NCBI GenBank assembly: GCA_965200875.1 | Contig: OZ241456.1 | Location: 288,001 to 352,000, forward strand | Length of the DNA stretch: 64,000 nucleotides | Direction of reading: 5' to 3' | Origin: Bdellovibrionales bacterium | GTDB taxonomy: Bacteria > Bdellovibrionota > Bdellovibrionia > Bdellovibrionales > UBA1609 | Part shown: positions 28,862-39,743 of the stretch, piece after piece | Numbering within the stretch: position 1 is the first letter of the stretch | How the letters are laid out: each line of letters starts with the position of its first letter | The notes under the pieces: model-generated | Told to the model about the DNA's origin: nothing | What the model saw: the letters and a program-made list of their open reading frames with translations, nothing else | Databases searched by the model: none | Made by a program: the position numbers and the translations under genes

Positions 28862-29760
28862 AAAAATATAATGTGCAGACTGAAAGTACGGTCTCAGAAA
28901 GAGGAGTTGTGTTTTTTTTAAAAAAAGTTTTTTTTATAGTGAGAGTTAATAAATTTGCCGGTTTCAGTTTTGCCTTTCTCTTGTTTTTTTTCTTTGTGGC
29001 TTTGTTTGCTGATGAATTAGCTCCTTATTCTTTTTCAAAAGTGCATCCAGAATTTTTAAAGCTTCCTCCCGCTTGGATGGAAGGGGGGAATATGCAGTTT
29101 TTACTTGGAACAGATGATCTGGGTCGGGACTTTTTATCCCGTTTGATATATGGGGCTCGTATTTCCATAAGTTTGGGTTTGATGGTGGTTTTTTTGTCGG
29201 TTCTCATAGGCGGGTCTTTGGGTTTGGTGGCTGGTTATTATGGAGGGCTTTTGGATCGAATAGTGGTATCGGTCGTGGATATTATGATGTCTTTTCCGAG
29301 TATTTTACTGGCTATTTTGATTGTGGCTATTTCAGGTCCTGGTCTTTTTAACACAATTATAGCTTTGAATATTGTGGCCTTGCCCGCCGTGATCCGCCTT
29401 GTGCGGGGGGAAACCTTAAAAGAAAAAAACAAAGAATATGTGTCCGCTTTAAAAGGTGTAGGTGCTGGATCTTTTTATATTGTTTTCAAGCATATTCTTC
29501 CCAATGTTTCCGGTTCTTTGATTGTACAGGCTGTGTTGGGTTTTAGTGATAGCATTTTAAATATTTCTGCTTTGGGTTTTTTGGGCTTGGGCGCGCGTCC
29601 CCCTCTTCCAGAATGGGGTGTGATGATAAGTGATGGACGGGATTTAATGACTACAGAATGGTGGTTAGTGGTATTTCCTGGCCTTTGTATTTTCATAGTG
29701 GTTTTGTGTTTTAATATTTTTGGAGGAGTGTTGAGAGATAGTTTTGATTCAAAAACATAA
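28858..29760 (+). CDS. dppC: Dipeptide ABC permease
   Basis: LGTDDLGRD.LSRLIYGARISI, HILPN, LGFLGLG..PP.PEWG. Confidence 0.94.
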   Translation: MKKYNVQTESTVSERGVVFFLKKVFFIVRVNKFAGFSFAFLLFFFFVALFADELAPYSFSKVHPEFLKLPPAWMEGGNMQFLLGTDDLGRDFLSRLIYGARISISLGLMVVFLSVLIGGSLGLVAGYYGGLLDRIVVSVVDIMMSFPSILLAILIVAISGPGLFNTIIALNIVALPAVIRLVRGETLKEKNKEYVSALKGVGAGSFYIVFKHILPNVSGSLIVQAVLGFSDSILNISALGFLGLGARPPLPEWGVMISDGRDLMTTEWWLVVFPGLCIFIVVLCFNIFGGVLRDSFDSKT

Positions 29761-29900
29761 AGTAGTTTTAAAAGTGCAGGGTGTAAATATTCGTTTTTGA
29801 CAGGTTGTATAAAACACTTTTAAAAGTTGGGAACAGAATAAGCTCTTTTGGTCCAGTTTTTATTTGTAGTTTTTTAAGACTTTGTTTTATAGTTGGTATA

Positions 29901-30689
29901 ATGAAAATCAAGATTCTGCGATTTGTTTATTTGTTTATACTGTGTTTCCTGTTTTGTTTTAAGGCATTTTCGGAAAAAGACCAAGGAAATACCAGTTTAT
30001 CAAATACTTTCCGTGATAGCCCTTTAGAGGCAAATAAGGAAAGCTCTGATTCGTCAATCCTTCCTGTAAAAAAAGATGAGCCTCTTTTAAAGTATGTGGA
30101 GATTTCCCGATTTAATATAAAGGTGGGTGTAAAAAACCTTTTTACCAGATTTGCTGACTTTAAAGTATGGCAATTCCCGGTTCTTTTGGAGTTTCAGGTG
30201 CCTATTCTGACGGCAAGTGGCAATGTTAGATGGCTTGCTGAGGCTGGCGGGGGTTGGATGGAGCTTTTGAAGGAAAGTCAGGGTTGTAGTGAGTTCTTTC
30301 ATGGGCCTGCTCCTAAGCCACCTGCACCTCCTTTTGATGATGAATTTTTTCAAAGGATTCACAGAACTAAGTTAAATGAGTATGAACAGAATTGTATCTT
30401 CAAAGCATGGGATACAGTTTATTCCTTTCCTTACATGGTTTTTCAAACCGGACTGCAATATAATTTTCAGCCTGTGACTCTCTCTTTACTAGGGGGCACT
30501 GTGGTGGGTTTTGGTGGACCGCAAACTATGGGCTTTACAGGCAGTGTATTATTGGGTTGGAATATTTCAGATGTATTTTATTTGGATCTGGGAGCAGAGT
30601 ACCTGCATTATGATCGGGATTATATTGGATTTTCTGTTTCTATGGGGTTTACTCTTAAAAAATGGTGGGAAAAAGTTTATTTTAAATGA
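29901..30689 (+). CDS. Exported protein, possible outer-membrane beta-barrel
   Basis: Signal peptide (AFS-E); amphipathic aromatic-rich strands in the C-terminal half. Confidence 0.55.
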   Translation: MKIKILRFVYLFILCFLFCFKAFSEKDQGNTSLSNTFRDSPLEANKESSDSSILPVKKDEPLLKYVEISRFNIKVGVKNLFTRFADFKVWQFPVLLEFQVPILTASGNVRWLAEAGGGWMELLKESQGCSEFFHGPAPKPPAPPFDDEFFQRIHRTKLNEYEQNCIFKAWDTVYSFPYMVFQTGLQYNFQPVTLSLLGGTVVGFGGPQTMGFTGSVLLGWNISDVFYLDLGAEYLHYDRDYIGFSVSMGFTLKKWWEKVYFK

Positions 30690-30855
30690 AAGTTGTTTTA
30701 TGAAAGTAGTTTTAGCTGAATTTTTATTTTTTGTAAGAGAGTCTTGAAAGGACTTATTCAGTCAGACTGACTTTCTGGCTTTAACAGAAGGAAAAACCAA
30801 TAAGTGTGGAGTTTTAAAATAAGAAGAAAAACCTTTAAAGGAGGAGGTAAGAATT

Positions 30856-32277
30856 ATGAATTGGTTCCATAAAATTTACAAGCTGGGTTTAAAAACCTTT
30901 GAAGAGGATTTTTGGGTAGCTTTAATCACTATCCTTTTACCCGGGCTTTTATTCTTAGGCTTAACCGGTTGTGCTTCAACAGCCCTTAAAAGGCAACATT
31001 GCGAGTCTTTGAATGTGTATAAACGAGGATATACAGATGGGTCAAAAGGGCTTCCTTCCCGATTTTTTGAATCTTACAGCCAGGAATGTGGTGAGTATGT
31101 GGAGGAGGTCATGCAAAAAGAGGTGGAATACGAAAAAGGCTGGAAAAAAGCGGTGAATGATTTTTGCACGAAAAAAAACGGTCATGAGTTGGGCTTAAAA
31201 GGAGGCCAGTATCACAATGTGTGCCCTAAGGAGATTGAATCGGAATTTTTAGCAGGATACAAAGAGGGGGACAGGAAATGTCTTTATGAAGAAGGGTATC
31301 AGGCCGCCATGAGTGGTAAAGAGGAGTCTTTTGCGCAAAGTGTTTGTAAGAAACTGGAAGGGGAATTGAGTGAAAGAGAATACCGGGCTGGTCACTTGGC
31401 GGGAATAAAGGTTTTTTGTGTTTATAAATCCGGTTATTCCCTGGGTTTAAAAGGGGAAAAATATCCAAATGTGTGTACTGAAAAACCCAAGTTTTTTAAA
31501 GGCTATAGAGCTGGAGACAGAAAGTGCCTTTACAAATCCGGTTATGAGCAAGCCATGAAGGATAAGCATGCCCATTATGATCAAAGTGCTTGTTCAAAAT
31601 CAGAGGGAAAACGTAGTAACAAAGAATACAAGAAAGGACGTAGAGCAGGGTTAAGGGTTTTTTGTGGCTATAAAAACGGCTACCAGCTGGGGTTAAAAGG
31701 CACTTCTTATCAGACTATATGTTCTAAAAAGACCAGATTTTTTAAAGGCTACAGAGCAGGAGACAGGAAATGTCTTTACACTGTTGGCTATGATCACGCA
31801 GTTAAAGGTATGTCCAGTGCTTTTGAGAAAAGCCGTTGTAAGCGTTTAAGCGGAAATAAAAAATCATACAGAGCAGGTCGCGTGGCGGGCGTAAAAAAGT
31901 TTTGCACTTATAAAAATGGTTTTAACTATGGTTTGAAGGGTTATCAGTATAACAATATATGCCCCAAGAAAATGGAAGAAAATTTTTTTAAAGGTTACAC
32001 TTTAGGTTATCAGGAGTACAGGGCGGATAAACGAAAAGAGGAAATTTTAAATATAGAAAGAGCACGTATAAGAGCTGAGGAAATATCCAGACAGGAGGCC
32101 TTGGCCGTGGAACGGGAGCGTATAGCTGTGGAACGGGAGCGTGTGGCTGTGGAACGGGAGCGCGCAGATGCAGAACGAGAGCGTGTAGCCGTGGAACGGG
32201 AGCGTGCAGATGCAGAAGAAAGAGCCCGACAGGAAGCTTTGGAGCGACAAAGAAAATTTTATCGAAAGAGAAGATAG
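30856..32277 (+). CDS. Lipoprotein with tandem DUF2799-like Cys/Gly/Tyr modules and an AVERER coiled-coil tail
   Basis: AGGAGG RBS; LTGC lipobox; ~4 repeats of FC.YK.GY.LGLKG..Y..VC..FFKGYRAGDRKCLY. Confidence 0.75.
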   Translation: MNWFHKIYKLGLKTFEEDFWVALITILLPGLLFLGLTGCASTALKRQHCESLNVYKRGYTDGSKGLPSRFFESYSQECGEYVEEVMQKEVEYEKGWKKAVNDFCTKKNGHELGLKGGQYHNVCPKEIESEFLAGYKEGDRKCLYEEGYQAAMSGKEESFAQSVCKKLEGELSEREYRAGHLAGIKVFCVYKSGYSLGLKGEKYPNVCTEKPKFFKGYRAGDRKCLYKSGYEQAMKDKHAHYDQSACSKSEGKRSNKEYKKGRRAGLRVFCGYKNGYQLGLKGTSYQTICSKKTRFFKGYRAGDRKCLYTVGYDHAVKGMSSAFEKSRCKRLSGNKKSYRAGRVAGVKKFCTYKNGFNYGLKGYQYNNICPKKMEENFFKGYTLGYQEYRADKRKEEILNIERARIRAEEISRQEALAVERERIAVERERVAVERERADAERERVAVERERADAEERARQEALERQRKFYRKRR

Positions 32278-32446
32278 AAATTTAAGAAAGAGTGCAAAGG
32301 CTTAGGGTATTTTTTCTTATTGATCGTTCGAGCTTTGAATTATATACGGTAGTTTGAATATCACTCTTAATGCAATAATGTAGTTTATTTCAATGTTTCT
32401 CCCCAGAAATAAAGAAAATATATATCCTATGCCATGAAAGGACACT

Positions 32447-34258
32447 ATGGATCTGGTATCGCTGATAATAACTGCCACCTTTATTGTTATTATCATTTAT
32501 ATAACTGTTTTTGGTTTTTGGCCTCTTAATAAGAAGTTGGGCTTTTTCAGTATTTTGTCTTTTTGGAGAGAAACTAAGAAAATTAAAAAAAACCTTGAAG
32601 AGGCTATCGAAAAACTTCCTGATAAAGATCATAGAAATGAATTTACTCGCAGATATCAAAGAGAAATTGATCCATATTTTAGTGAACAAGGGGCTTTTTT
32701 CACTCATCTTTGGATAGAGTTTAAAGAACAGCTTATAGAGCCAGGTGAAGAAGAAGCTGTTTTTCAAAACAGTATGCGACCTAAGGAGTTTTTTATTTTT
32801 GATGATTTGCTGAAAAAACAAAATCTCAATTTTAAACTGATTGAATCCATGCCAGGTATCCTCGTGGGGCTTGGGGTTTTAGGAACTTTTACAGGGCTTT
32901 CAATATCTATTCTGCGTGCTATGCCTAAATTACCTAGTCAGGGGGATATGGGTAATATAAGTGAAGCTGTTAATTTATTAATTTCAGGTGCTGGAGTAGC
33001 TTTTTTCACTTCTGTGGTAGGTCTGCTGGCTAGTTTAATATTTAATTTGATTTCAGATAAAAGGGTCTCGCTCTTACAAAGTCTTTTAAATAAATTCAAT
33101 TCTCGATTGGAAAAAAGTCTTAAGTTTGTAACAGAAGAGCATTTGTTGGTCGAGTACTTAAAGGAAGTAAAACAACAGGGAAAACATTTGGCAAATATGG
33201 ATGAAAAACTAGCTTTAAAAATTGGAGACAGAATTGAAGAAAGCGTAAAATCAATGGGAAATGCCATTCATAGTGCCATCTCAGAAAGCCATCAAAATAT
33301 TTCGGAGAGATTTTTTGAGGATATATCCAGTAAGATGACTGATGGAATGGGAGATTTTTCCACTAAACAAAGAGAAAACCTAGAAAAAACCCTTAGCTCT
33401 ATACAAAATAATATTCCACCTCTTATTTCTCGGTTGGAGCAATCTCAAAAACAAAACGAAGAGACGACAAAAAATCTTATAAATCAAATGAGCGTGGTTA
33501 ATATAAAGAGCCAGGAAAAGATTAATGAATCTCTTGCAGAAACCACCCGCCAGATGAAAAGTGACTTTTCAGAAATCACAAAAAATCTAAAAGAAGGCAT
33601 GAGTCAAACTCTTTCGGATTCTTCAGGTGAGCTAAAAACTCTTATATCCAGCCTTGGAAACATCAGTAAAGGACTTATCTCTAACTTGGGAAGCGTCAAT
33701 AAAGATATTTTGGAGAAAACAACCAAGGCGCAGGCTCTGTATAAAGAGCATTTTGATGAAACTTTGAAACACTTAAGTTCTTTCGCGGATCGCCTCGAAA
33801 GAGCAATCTCAGAAGTAAATACTGTAACCACAGACAATATCAAATCCGCCGGAGAAAAATTTAATCAAGTGGTGGAAAGTCAAACACATATTATGGAGCA
33901 AAATCAAAAGTATATTCACTCTTTAAGTCAGCTCTCAGAAAAACTGGAATCTGTATCCCTTTCTGTTTCGGACATGACCCATAAAATGCCTGAGTATATG
34001 CAACAAATAAACAGCTCCAATGAATATCTGAAAGAAATATGGCAAGGATATGAAAAAAGATTTGAAGCCGTTGATGAAAAAACCGCAACACTTTTTGAAA
34101 ATGTAAAAGCCGGTTTGGAGTCTATTTCTACACAGAGTATGGAGCATGTCGGGAAATTGAATCAGCAGTTTTCTAATATATCAAAACATGTTGCCAGTAT
34201 GGTTGACGACTTAAAAGAGGGTGTTGAGGAATTTGGAGAGACTATTAGTAAATTATGA
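32447..34258 (+). CDS. zorA: Zorya ZorA (MotA-like TM domain plus long helical tail)
   Basis: HLW.EF.EQL, MPGILVGLGVLGTFTGL, AFFTSVVGL, long heptad-rich tail; first of a four-gene operon. Confidence 0.92.
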   Translation: MDLVSLIITATFIVIIIYITVFGFWPLNKKLGFFSILSFWRETKKIKKNLEEAIEKLPDKDHRNEFTRRYQREIDPYFSEQGAFFTHLWIEFKEQLIEPGEEEAVFQNSMRPKEFFIFDDLLKKQNLNFKLIESMPGILVGLGVLGTFTGLSISILRAMPKLPSQGDMGNISEAVNLLISGAGVAFFTSVVGLLASLIFNLISDKRVSLLQSLLNKFNSRLEKSLKFVTEEHLLVEYLKEVKQQGKHLANMDEKLALKIGDRIEESVKSMGNAIHSAISESHQNISERFFEDISSKMTDGMGDFSTKQRENLEKTLSSIQNNIPPLISRLEQSQKQNEETTKNLINQMSVVNIKSQEKINESLAETTRQMKSDFSEITKNLKEGMSQTLSDSSGELKTLISSLGNISKGLISNLGSVNKDILEKTTKAQALYKEHFDETLKHLSSFADRLERAISEVNTVTTDNIKSAGEKFNQVVESQTHIMEQNQKYIHSLSQLSEKLESVSLSVSDMTHKMPEYMQQINSSNEYLKEIWQGYEKRFEAVDEKTATLFENVKAGLESISTQSMEHVGKLNQQFSNISKHVASMVDDLKEGVEEFGETISKL

Positions 34259-34356
34259 ATAAATAAGTGTTTCTGATATATACTCGGTTCTGAATAAATC
34301 AGTTTTTACTATTCATCATTTCCGCTCAGGATTTGATTTTTTAAAGAGAGCTTTAT

Positions 34357-35205
34357 ATGAAAAAAAATTCCCATTATGCCCTTTCCATCAGTGACTTGAT
34401 AATGGGGCTTTTGTTTATTTTTATACTAATTTTAATGAAGTTTATGTTGGAATATCAAAGTAAAAAAGAAAATCTTTTTCAACCTTTGGCGGAAAGAGAT
34501 AAGCTTCTCGAAGAACTGAAAAAAGAAATGAAGAAAAAGAATATACAAGTTGAAATTGACAAAGAAAATGGAGTGTTAAAATTATCCGGCACTCATTATT
34601 TTAATAAGGGTAAATACAGTTTGAGTGATACCGGAAAAAATACCTTTAAGAAAATAAAAAAAATATTTGATAAGTTATTAATATGTTATTCTGCTCTTGA
34701 GCATAAAAAAACAAAAAACCGGTGGCCTTCTTCCAAAGTCAGAAACAAAAAAAGTAATTTAAAGCAATGGCAAAGTTACTGTAAGAAAAAATATCCAAAA
34801 AAATCAGCTTTGATTGACTCTATTTTAATTGAAGGTCACGCGGACTCCACACCGATCAGTCAATATTCCAAAGGGATAAAAACCAATCTGGATTTGGCTG
34901 TAAAAAGATCACAGACAGTATTTGTTTTTTTGTTGGATTACAAAGAGGAAACCAAAGGGTATGATCCTGTGAAAGGTCTAATACATACGAAAGAATCTGG
35001 CAATCATTTATATGCTTTGGTCAATAAACAAGGAAAACCTTTATTTGGAGTGACCTCTTATGGTAATTTAAGAAGAAGTGAGCTTCTGAAAAATAAAGGA
35101 AATCAAGATCAGCAAAAGTCAGACCGGCGGGTTGATATACGATTTATCATGTCTCAACCAGAAGATTTAAGTGAGCAATTAAAAAAACCGTTAAAATCGG
35201 ATTAA
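34357..35205 (+). CDS. zorB: Zorya ZorB (MotB/OmpA-like)
   Basis: SISDLIMGLLFIFIL TM with conserved Asp; IEGHADSTP, NLDLA..RS, SYG, DRRVDIRF. Confidence 0.92.
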   Translation: MKKNSHYALSISDLIMGLLFIFILILMKFMLEYQSKKENLFQPLAERDKLLEELKKEMKKKNIQVEIDKENGVLKLSGTHYFNKGKYSLSDTGKNTFKKIKKIFDKLLICYSALEHKKTKNRWPSSKVRNKKSNLKQWQSYCKKKYPKKSALIDSILIEGHADSTPISQYSKGIKTNLDLAVKRSQTVFVFLLDYKEETKGYDPVKGLIHTKESGNHLYALVNKQGKPLFGVTSYGNLRRSELLKNKGNQDQQKSDRRVDIRFIMSQPEDLSEQLKKPLKSD

Positions 35206-35239
35206 TATGCCCAGTTTATTTATCACTGAAAGGTAACTG

Positions 35240-36712
35240 ATGAAATACTTTCTGCAGGATTTTTTTAAAGAAAATTTTAAAGCAAAGCTTTTTGATAGGA
35301 AATGGGAAAAATATCAAAAGAGTATAGAAAAATATCAAAACCAAATAAAAAGAAATATTAAAAGACTTGGAAACTTGGAAGATATGAAATCCCCTGACTC
35401 TCAGAGTTTAAAAATCATTTACGAGGAAAGCCAGAAGTATTGGAAGCAACATAAAACCTTTAAAGGAATGTCGAGCAGAAAATTAAGAGAATTGTTTTTT
35501 ATTTTATTCCCAAACCCAAATGATGGGGTTCGGCAAGGTATATATGAAAGTCCAGAGCAATTTGATGATTTTTTGAATATTCAAAAAAACAAGCAATCAG
35601 CTTTAAGAAGGCTTATGTCAGTATTGCTTCATTTTTATCCTGAGGAAAGCAGTTTGTTGTTTAAAAGGTTGGACAAGGTGTATAGGGCTTTAGAGAAAAA
35701 TAAAAAAAGAAATGCACTTTTGATTACTGCAAATAAAAAATTCAAGCTGATTGAAAAATCAGGCCCTGAAATCATCGCGAGACAAATATTGAACCCAAAC
35801 AAAAATATGGATGATCTCCTTCAGGAGATTTGGATAAAAGAAAGAGATTTATCTCATGGTATAGGAAAAAGCATTTTGAAAGAGCTTTGTCAGCTGGCTT
35901 GGCATAATATTGCAAATGAAGCTATATTGGATCGTTTCTTGGAGTATTTATCTGGAGAGAGCATAAACTCTCCTTCCGGTTTTTCTGTTCAGTCTTTCTC
36001 GGAAAATGAAATATCTGGCAGATATAATAACATTAAGCCTGTTGTTTCCACTTTATTGCTTCCTTTTGAAAACAAAATACCTGCACCTTCTTTTAAGAAA
36101 AAAATCACTTGGTTTTTGGATAAACATATCGGAGATCCGCGCTTTCAGTCTGAGAAGTGGATAGCTTTGTCAAAAGAAAAGGAGATTTTTCAAAGCTGGA
36201 AAGTGGGGGAAACCATACAGGATTTTTTTGCTCTTCTGGATTATACTGCTAAAACAAATCCCACTTCTGATAGAATGTGGCCTTTAAGAAAAAAATTTAT
36301 AGAGTTTTATTTGAACGCTGGCCATATAGTATCTGCTTGGATTGTCTTGGGGAAAGAGGCTTACAAGAATCGTTTGGAATTTTTGAAAGAAGGTGTTAAT
36401 GATTATGGAACTATCACCCGTGGGGCCAACCCTATTCATTCGGTTCTGCTTTTTCAGATAAGCGATCTTGTGCTTTCTGAATGGAACTATAATGGGAAAG
36501 TAAGAATTTGGAATAAAGCTCATCCACAAGTACCGAGGTTTTATAAAAAACAATATGAAAGAGAAGGCTTGGTTAAAGACCCTGAACAGGAGATAATTCA
36601 TCATCATTCTGAAAAATATTACTGGCAAAAAAATCTGAGTGATTATATTGAAAAATATACCGGCATTCCCTGTCCAGAAGATTTACAAAAAGAAATTGAT
36701 AAATTTAGATAA
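35240..36712 (+). CDS. zorC: Zorya ZorC (EH-signature domain)
   Basis: IGDPR..W, MW..RKKF...Y, AWIVLG, SEWNYNGKVRIW, HH..YYWQ; position between zorB and the SNF2 gene. Confidence 0.85.
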   Translation: MKYFLQDFFKENFKAKLFDRKWEKYQKSIEKYQNQIKRNIKRLGNLEDMKSPDSQSLKIIYEESQKYWKQHKTFKGMSSRKLRELFFILFPNPNDGVRQGIYESPEQFDDFLNIQKNKQSALRRLMSVLLHFYPEESSLLFKRLDKVYRALEKNKKRNALLITANKKFKLIEKSGPEIIARQILNPNKNMDDLLQEIWIKERDLSHGIGKSILKELCQLAWHNIANEAILDRFLEYLSGESINSPSGFSVQSFSENEISGRYNNIKPVVSTLLLPFENKIPAPSFKKKITWFLDKHIGDPRFQSEKWIALSKEKEIFQSWKVGETIQDFFALLDYTAKTNPTSDRMWPLRKKFIEFYLNAGHIVSAWIVLGKEAYKNRLEFLKEGVNDYGTITRGANPIHSVLLFQISDLVLSEWNYNGKVRIWNKAHPQVPRFYKKQYEREGLVKDPEQEIIHHHSEKYYWQKNLSDYIEKYTGIPCPEDLQKEIDKFR

Positions 36713-36731
36713 GAAAGCAATGGAGATATTT

Positions 36732-39700
36732 ATGACCTATGAAGTAAAAGAAGGATATATAGTGATTTATTTCCAAGAGCTGACAGAGGATATTAAAAGT
36801 GTGTTCAGTAGAGCCTCAGCAGAAGTCCATACAGAGAATCAAAAAGCCTTGATAAAAAATGAACACATTGCGGATTTGAATATCCATGAAATTAAAAAAC
36901 TGGGCCTGCCTCCCGTATATCCTCATCGTTTGAGAGTAAACACAAGAGGTGTGCCCACTACTCCAGCTTTTTCTTATGAAGTGAAGTATTTGGATGAGAA
37001 GTCAAGGCAATTTTATCAAGTAAAAAGAACAGGCCCTGTTTTAAATTTAGATGGCCAGTTATTCACTCTGACGAATCCTCATTTTAGCTTTTTGGAAAAT
37101 TTGCAAAAGTTATCCTCTAAGGTTAAAACTCCAGGTGCGCGTTTAAAGATTTGGTCTCAGATCATTAAGCATATTCCTAAAGAAGCTTTGGATAACAAAG
37201 AGCTTTTGAATATTTGTTTTGTAAAGGCGGATCGTTTTTGTGTGGATCGAAAAAAATTATCAGATAATGACTTTCATATTACACCAGAGTTGATTTATAG
37301 TGATGAGGAAAATAACGAAGAAAAATCTTTTACCCATCAACTTTCCAGTGGAATCTCTCAGGATTTTAAAGAGGCTTTTTTAAATATAAACAGTGTGGAT
37401 CCTTATTATAAAGTAGGTAACCATTATATACAGGTGTCAGAACCTTTAAGGGCTTGCCTGAAGATTATCAAAAAAATAAACAGAGAGCCGTTGGCAAAGA
37501 AAAAAGCTTTTTATTTAAACCCTATGGAAAGAATTAAATCAGAATTGCCAAATAATCTGTCAGAAAAATTGCTGGAAAATATTTTTTTTGAAACTGAGCA
37601 GTTTAAAAGCTCTCGCATTTCTCATCTTGGAAAATGGGTGCCAAAAGTGGGAATTTACATTGACCCGGATAATAAAAACCCCTGGTTTCCAAAAGATGAT
37701 ATTGCCGTAAAAATAAAAGACAGCTTATTTCATTTCGCGCCGGATGATATGGACACTTTACTTAAAGATCTTGAAAATGCAAAAAAAGAAGGAAAGGATA
37801 ATGTTTATTATAAAGATCAGGTGTTGCCGGTGGATGATGCTGTTATTTCTGAATTAAAAAATGTGAAAGATAACATTGTTAAAGAATCCCAAAAAATTAT
37901 TTGTTCATCTGAGGAGAAAGAAGAGAAACAAAAAATCTCCAAACTGGTGGCTATCATTAAGGACAATATTGATCATCTGGAATATCAATCTGTTTTGAAA
38001 CCTCGACTTGATCTTGCAAAAAATATTCCTCAAGAGCTAAAAAGTAAATTCATTAAATACCCGCATCAAAAAGAGGGTGTGTTGTGGCTGGAGGAAAATT
38101 TTATACAAGGTAGGCCCGGTGCGCTTTTAGCAGATGACATGGGTCTTGGAAAAACCTTTCAAGCCCTATCTTTTTTATATTGGTATAAGAAAAATTATGT
38201 AACAAAAAGAAAGCCTGTTTTAATTGTTGCTCCAACCGGGCTTTTGAAAAACTGGCAGGATGAACATGAAATACATTTATTTGAACATGGAGGCATAGGC
38301 AGGAAATACAAAGCGTATGGTGAATCATTCCGGAAAGCCCGAAAAGAAAGTGAATTACAAGTCATTAAGGAGATGGAAAAATCAGACTGGGTTTTAACCA
38401 CTTATGAGGCTCTAAGAGATCATCATACAAAATTTTTTATAAAAATTTCTTGGGGTGTTTTAATATTTGATGAAATACAAAAAATCAAAAACCCTAACTC
38501 ATTGATGACAGATGCTTCCAAAGCTCTTGAAAGTGACTTTTCCATTGGTCTTACAGGCACTCCACTTGAAAACAGCTTTATTGATTTATGGTGTGTATCA
38601 GACTGCTTATATCCAAAAATTCTTGGTTTGTTAAAAGATTTTCATGGTAAATATATAAAAAATAAGCCAGACAATTCTGCCCGGGAAATTCAAAAAAAAT
38701 TATTTCAAAAAAATCCTCCCTTTATATTACGCAGGGTTAAAAAAGATATATTAAAAGATTTACCGGAAAGAAAAGTCATTCCGAAAAAACTGGATATGAC
38801 AGATGTGCAAAAGGATATATATTCAGAAGTAATAAGGAAAGCAAAAAATCGAGAATATACCAACAGCCTTCAAGCTCTTTCTTTGCTGAAGAGGTTTTCC
38901 ATTTATGTTCAGGATTGTTTTGAAGGAACTGATGATGAGTTTATTGATTCCAGCGCGAAGTTAAAATTTCTTTTTAAGACTTTGGAAGATATAAAAAATA
39001 AAAAAGAGAAAGTATTGATTTGTGTGGAAAACAGAAATTTACAGAAAAAAATAAAAAGTATTTGTGATGCGAAATGGAGTCTCAATGTAAAAATTATCAA
39101 TGGGGATATGCCAGGTGAGAGACGAAAAAGCACTGTGGATCAATTTGGTAAGAAGGATGGATTTAATATTATGATTATTTCACCCAGAGCAGGTGGAGTG
39201 GGCCTTAACATAGTGTCTGCAAATCACATTGTTCACTTGGAAAGATGGTGGAATCCGGCAGTGGAAGATCAGAGCAATGATCGTATTTTCAGAATTGGGC
39301 AAAAAAAACCGGTGTTTGTTTATTATCCTTTGGCGGTTCATCCTGATTATCGGGATGAAAGTTTTGATATAGTTCTGAACCGCCTTTTGGAAAATAAAAA
39401 ACAAATGAGAGAGCAGACATTAATCCCTTCAGAACCCGATAAGCAGGAGCAAAAAGAGTTTTACCGAACTGTTGTCTCAGGTGAAGAAATGTATACTGAT
39501 GGTACAGAGTCTTTTTATAAAACTGAAGAATGGAAGGCTTTACGGAGACAGGTGTTTCAGAAATATCCGCCTCTTTGTGGTCGTTGTGGCAATAAAAATA
39601 ATTTGGATGTAGATCATGTTAAGCCTCGGTCTAGGTATCCTGAGCTGGAACTGAACTTTGATAACTTGCAAATTTTATGCAGAGACTGCAATCTGCTTAA

Positions 39701-39743
39701 AGGAACCAAAGATTCCCAGTCCTGGGACTTCAGAGATAAATAG
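36732..39743 (+). CDS. zorD: Zorya ZorD-like SNF2 ATPase with C-terminal HNH endonuclease
   Basis: ALLADDMGLGKT, FDEIQKIKN, LTGTPLEN, AGGVGLN, RWWNPAVEDQ..DRIFRIGQ; tail CGRCG..LDVDHVKP..NLQILCRDCNLLKG; GGAG RBS before ATG 36732. Confidence 0.9.
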   Translation: MTYEVKEGYIVIYFQELTEDIKSVFSRASAEVHTENQKALIKNEHIADLNIHEIKKLGLPPVYPHRLRVNTRGVPTTPAFSYEVKYLDEKSRQFYQVKRTGPVLNLDGQLFTLTNPHFSFLENLQKLSSKVKTPGARLKIWSQIIKHIPKEALDNKELLNICFVKADRFCVDRKKLSDNDFHITPELIYSDEENNEEKSFTHQLSSGISQDFKEAFLNINSVDPYYKVGNHYIQVSEPLRACLKIIKKINREPLAKKKAFYLNPMERIKSELPNNLSEKLLENIFFETEQFKSSRISHLGKWVPKVGIYIDPDNKNPWFPKDDIAVKIKDSLFHFAPDDMDTLLKDLENAKKEGKDNVYYKDQVLPVDDAVISELKNVKDNIVKESQKIICSSEEKEEKQKISKLVAIIKDNIDHLEYQSVLKPRLDLAKNIPQELKSKFIKYPHQKEGVLWLEENFIQGRPGALLADDMGLGKTFQALSFLYWYKKNYVTKRKPVLIVAPTGLLKNWQDEHEIHLFEHGGIGRKYKAYGESFRKARKESELQVIKEMEKSDWVLTTYEALRDHHTKFFIKISWGVLIFDEIQKIKNPNSLMTDASKALESDFSIGLTGTPLENSFIDLWCVSDCLYPKILGLLKDFHGKYIKNKPDNSAREIQKKLFQKNPPFILRRVKKDILKDLPERKVIPKKLDMTDVQKDIYSEVIRKAKNREYTNSLQALSLLKRFSIYVQDCFEGTDDEFIDSSAKLKFLFKTLEDIKNKKEKVLICVENRNLQKKIKSICDAKWSLNVKIINGDMPGERRKSTVDQFGKKDGFNIMIISPRAGGVGLNIVSANHIVHLERWWNPAVEDQSNDRIFRIGQKKPVFVYYPLAVHPDYRDESFDIVLNRLLENKKQMREQTLIPSEPDKQEQKEFYRTVVSGEEMYTDGTESFYKTEEWKALRRQVFQKYPPLCGRCGNKNNLDVDHVKPRSRYPELELNFDNLQILCRDCNLLKGTKDSQSWDFRDK

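Noticed and set aside
32390..32821. 143-aa antisense ORF over the zorA start
   Set aside because: Shadow of zorA with no supporting features
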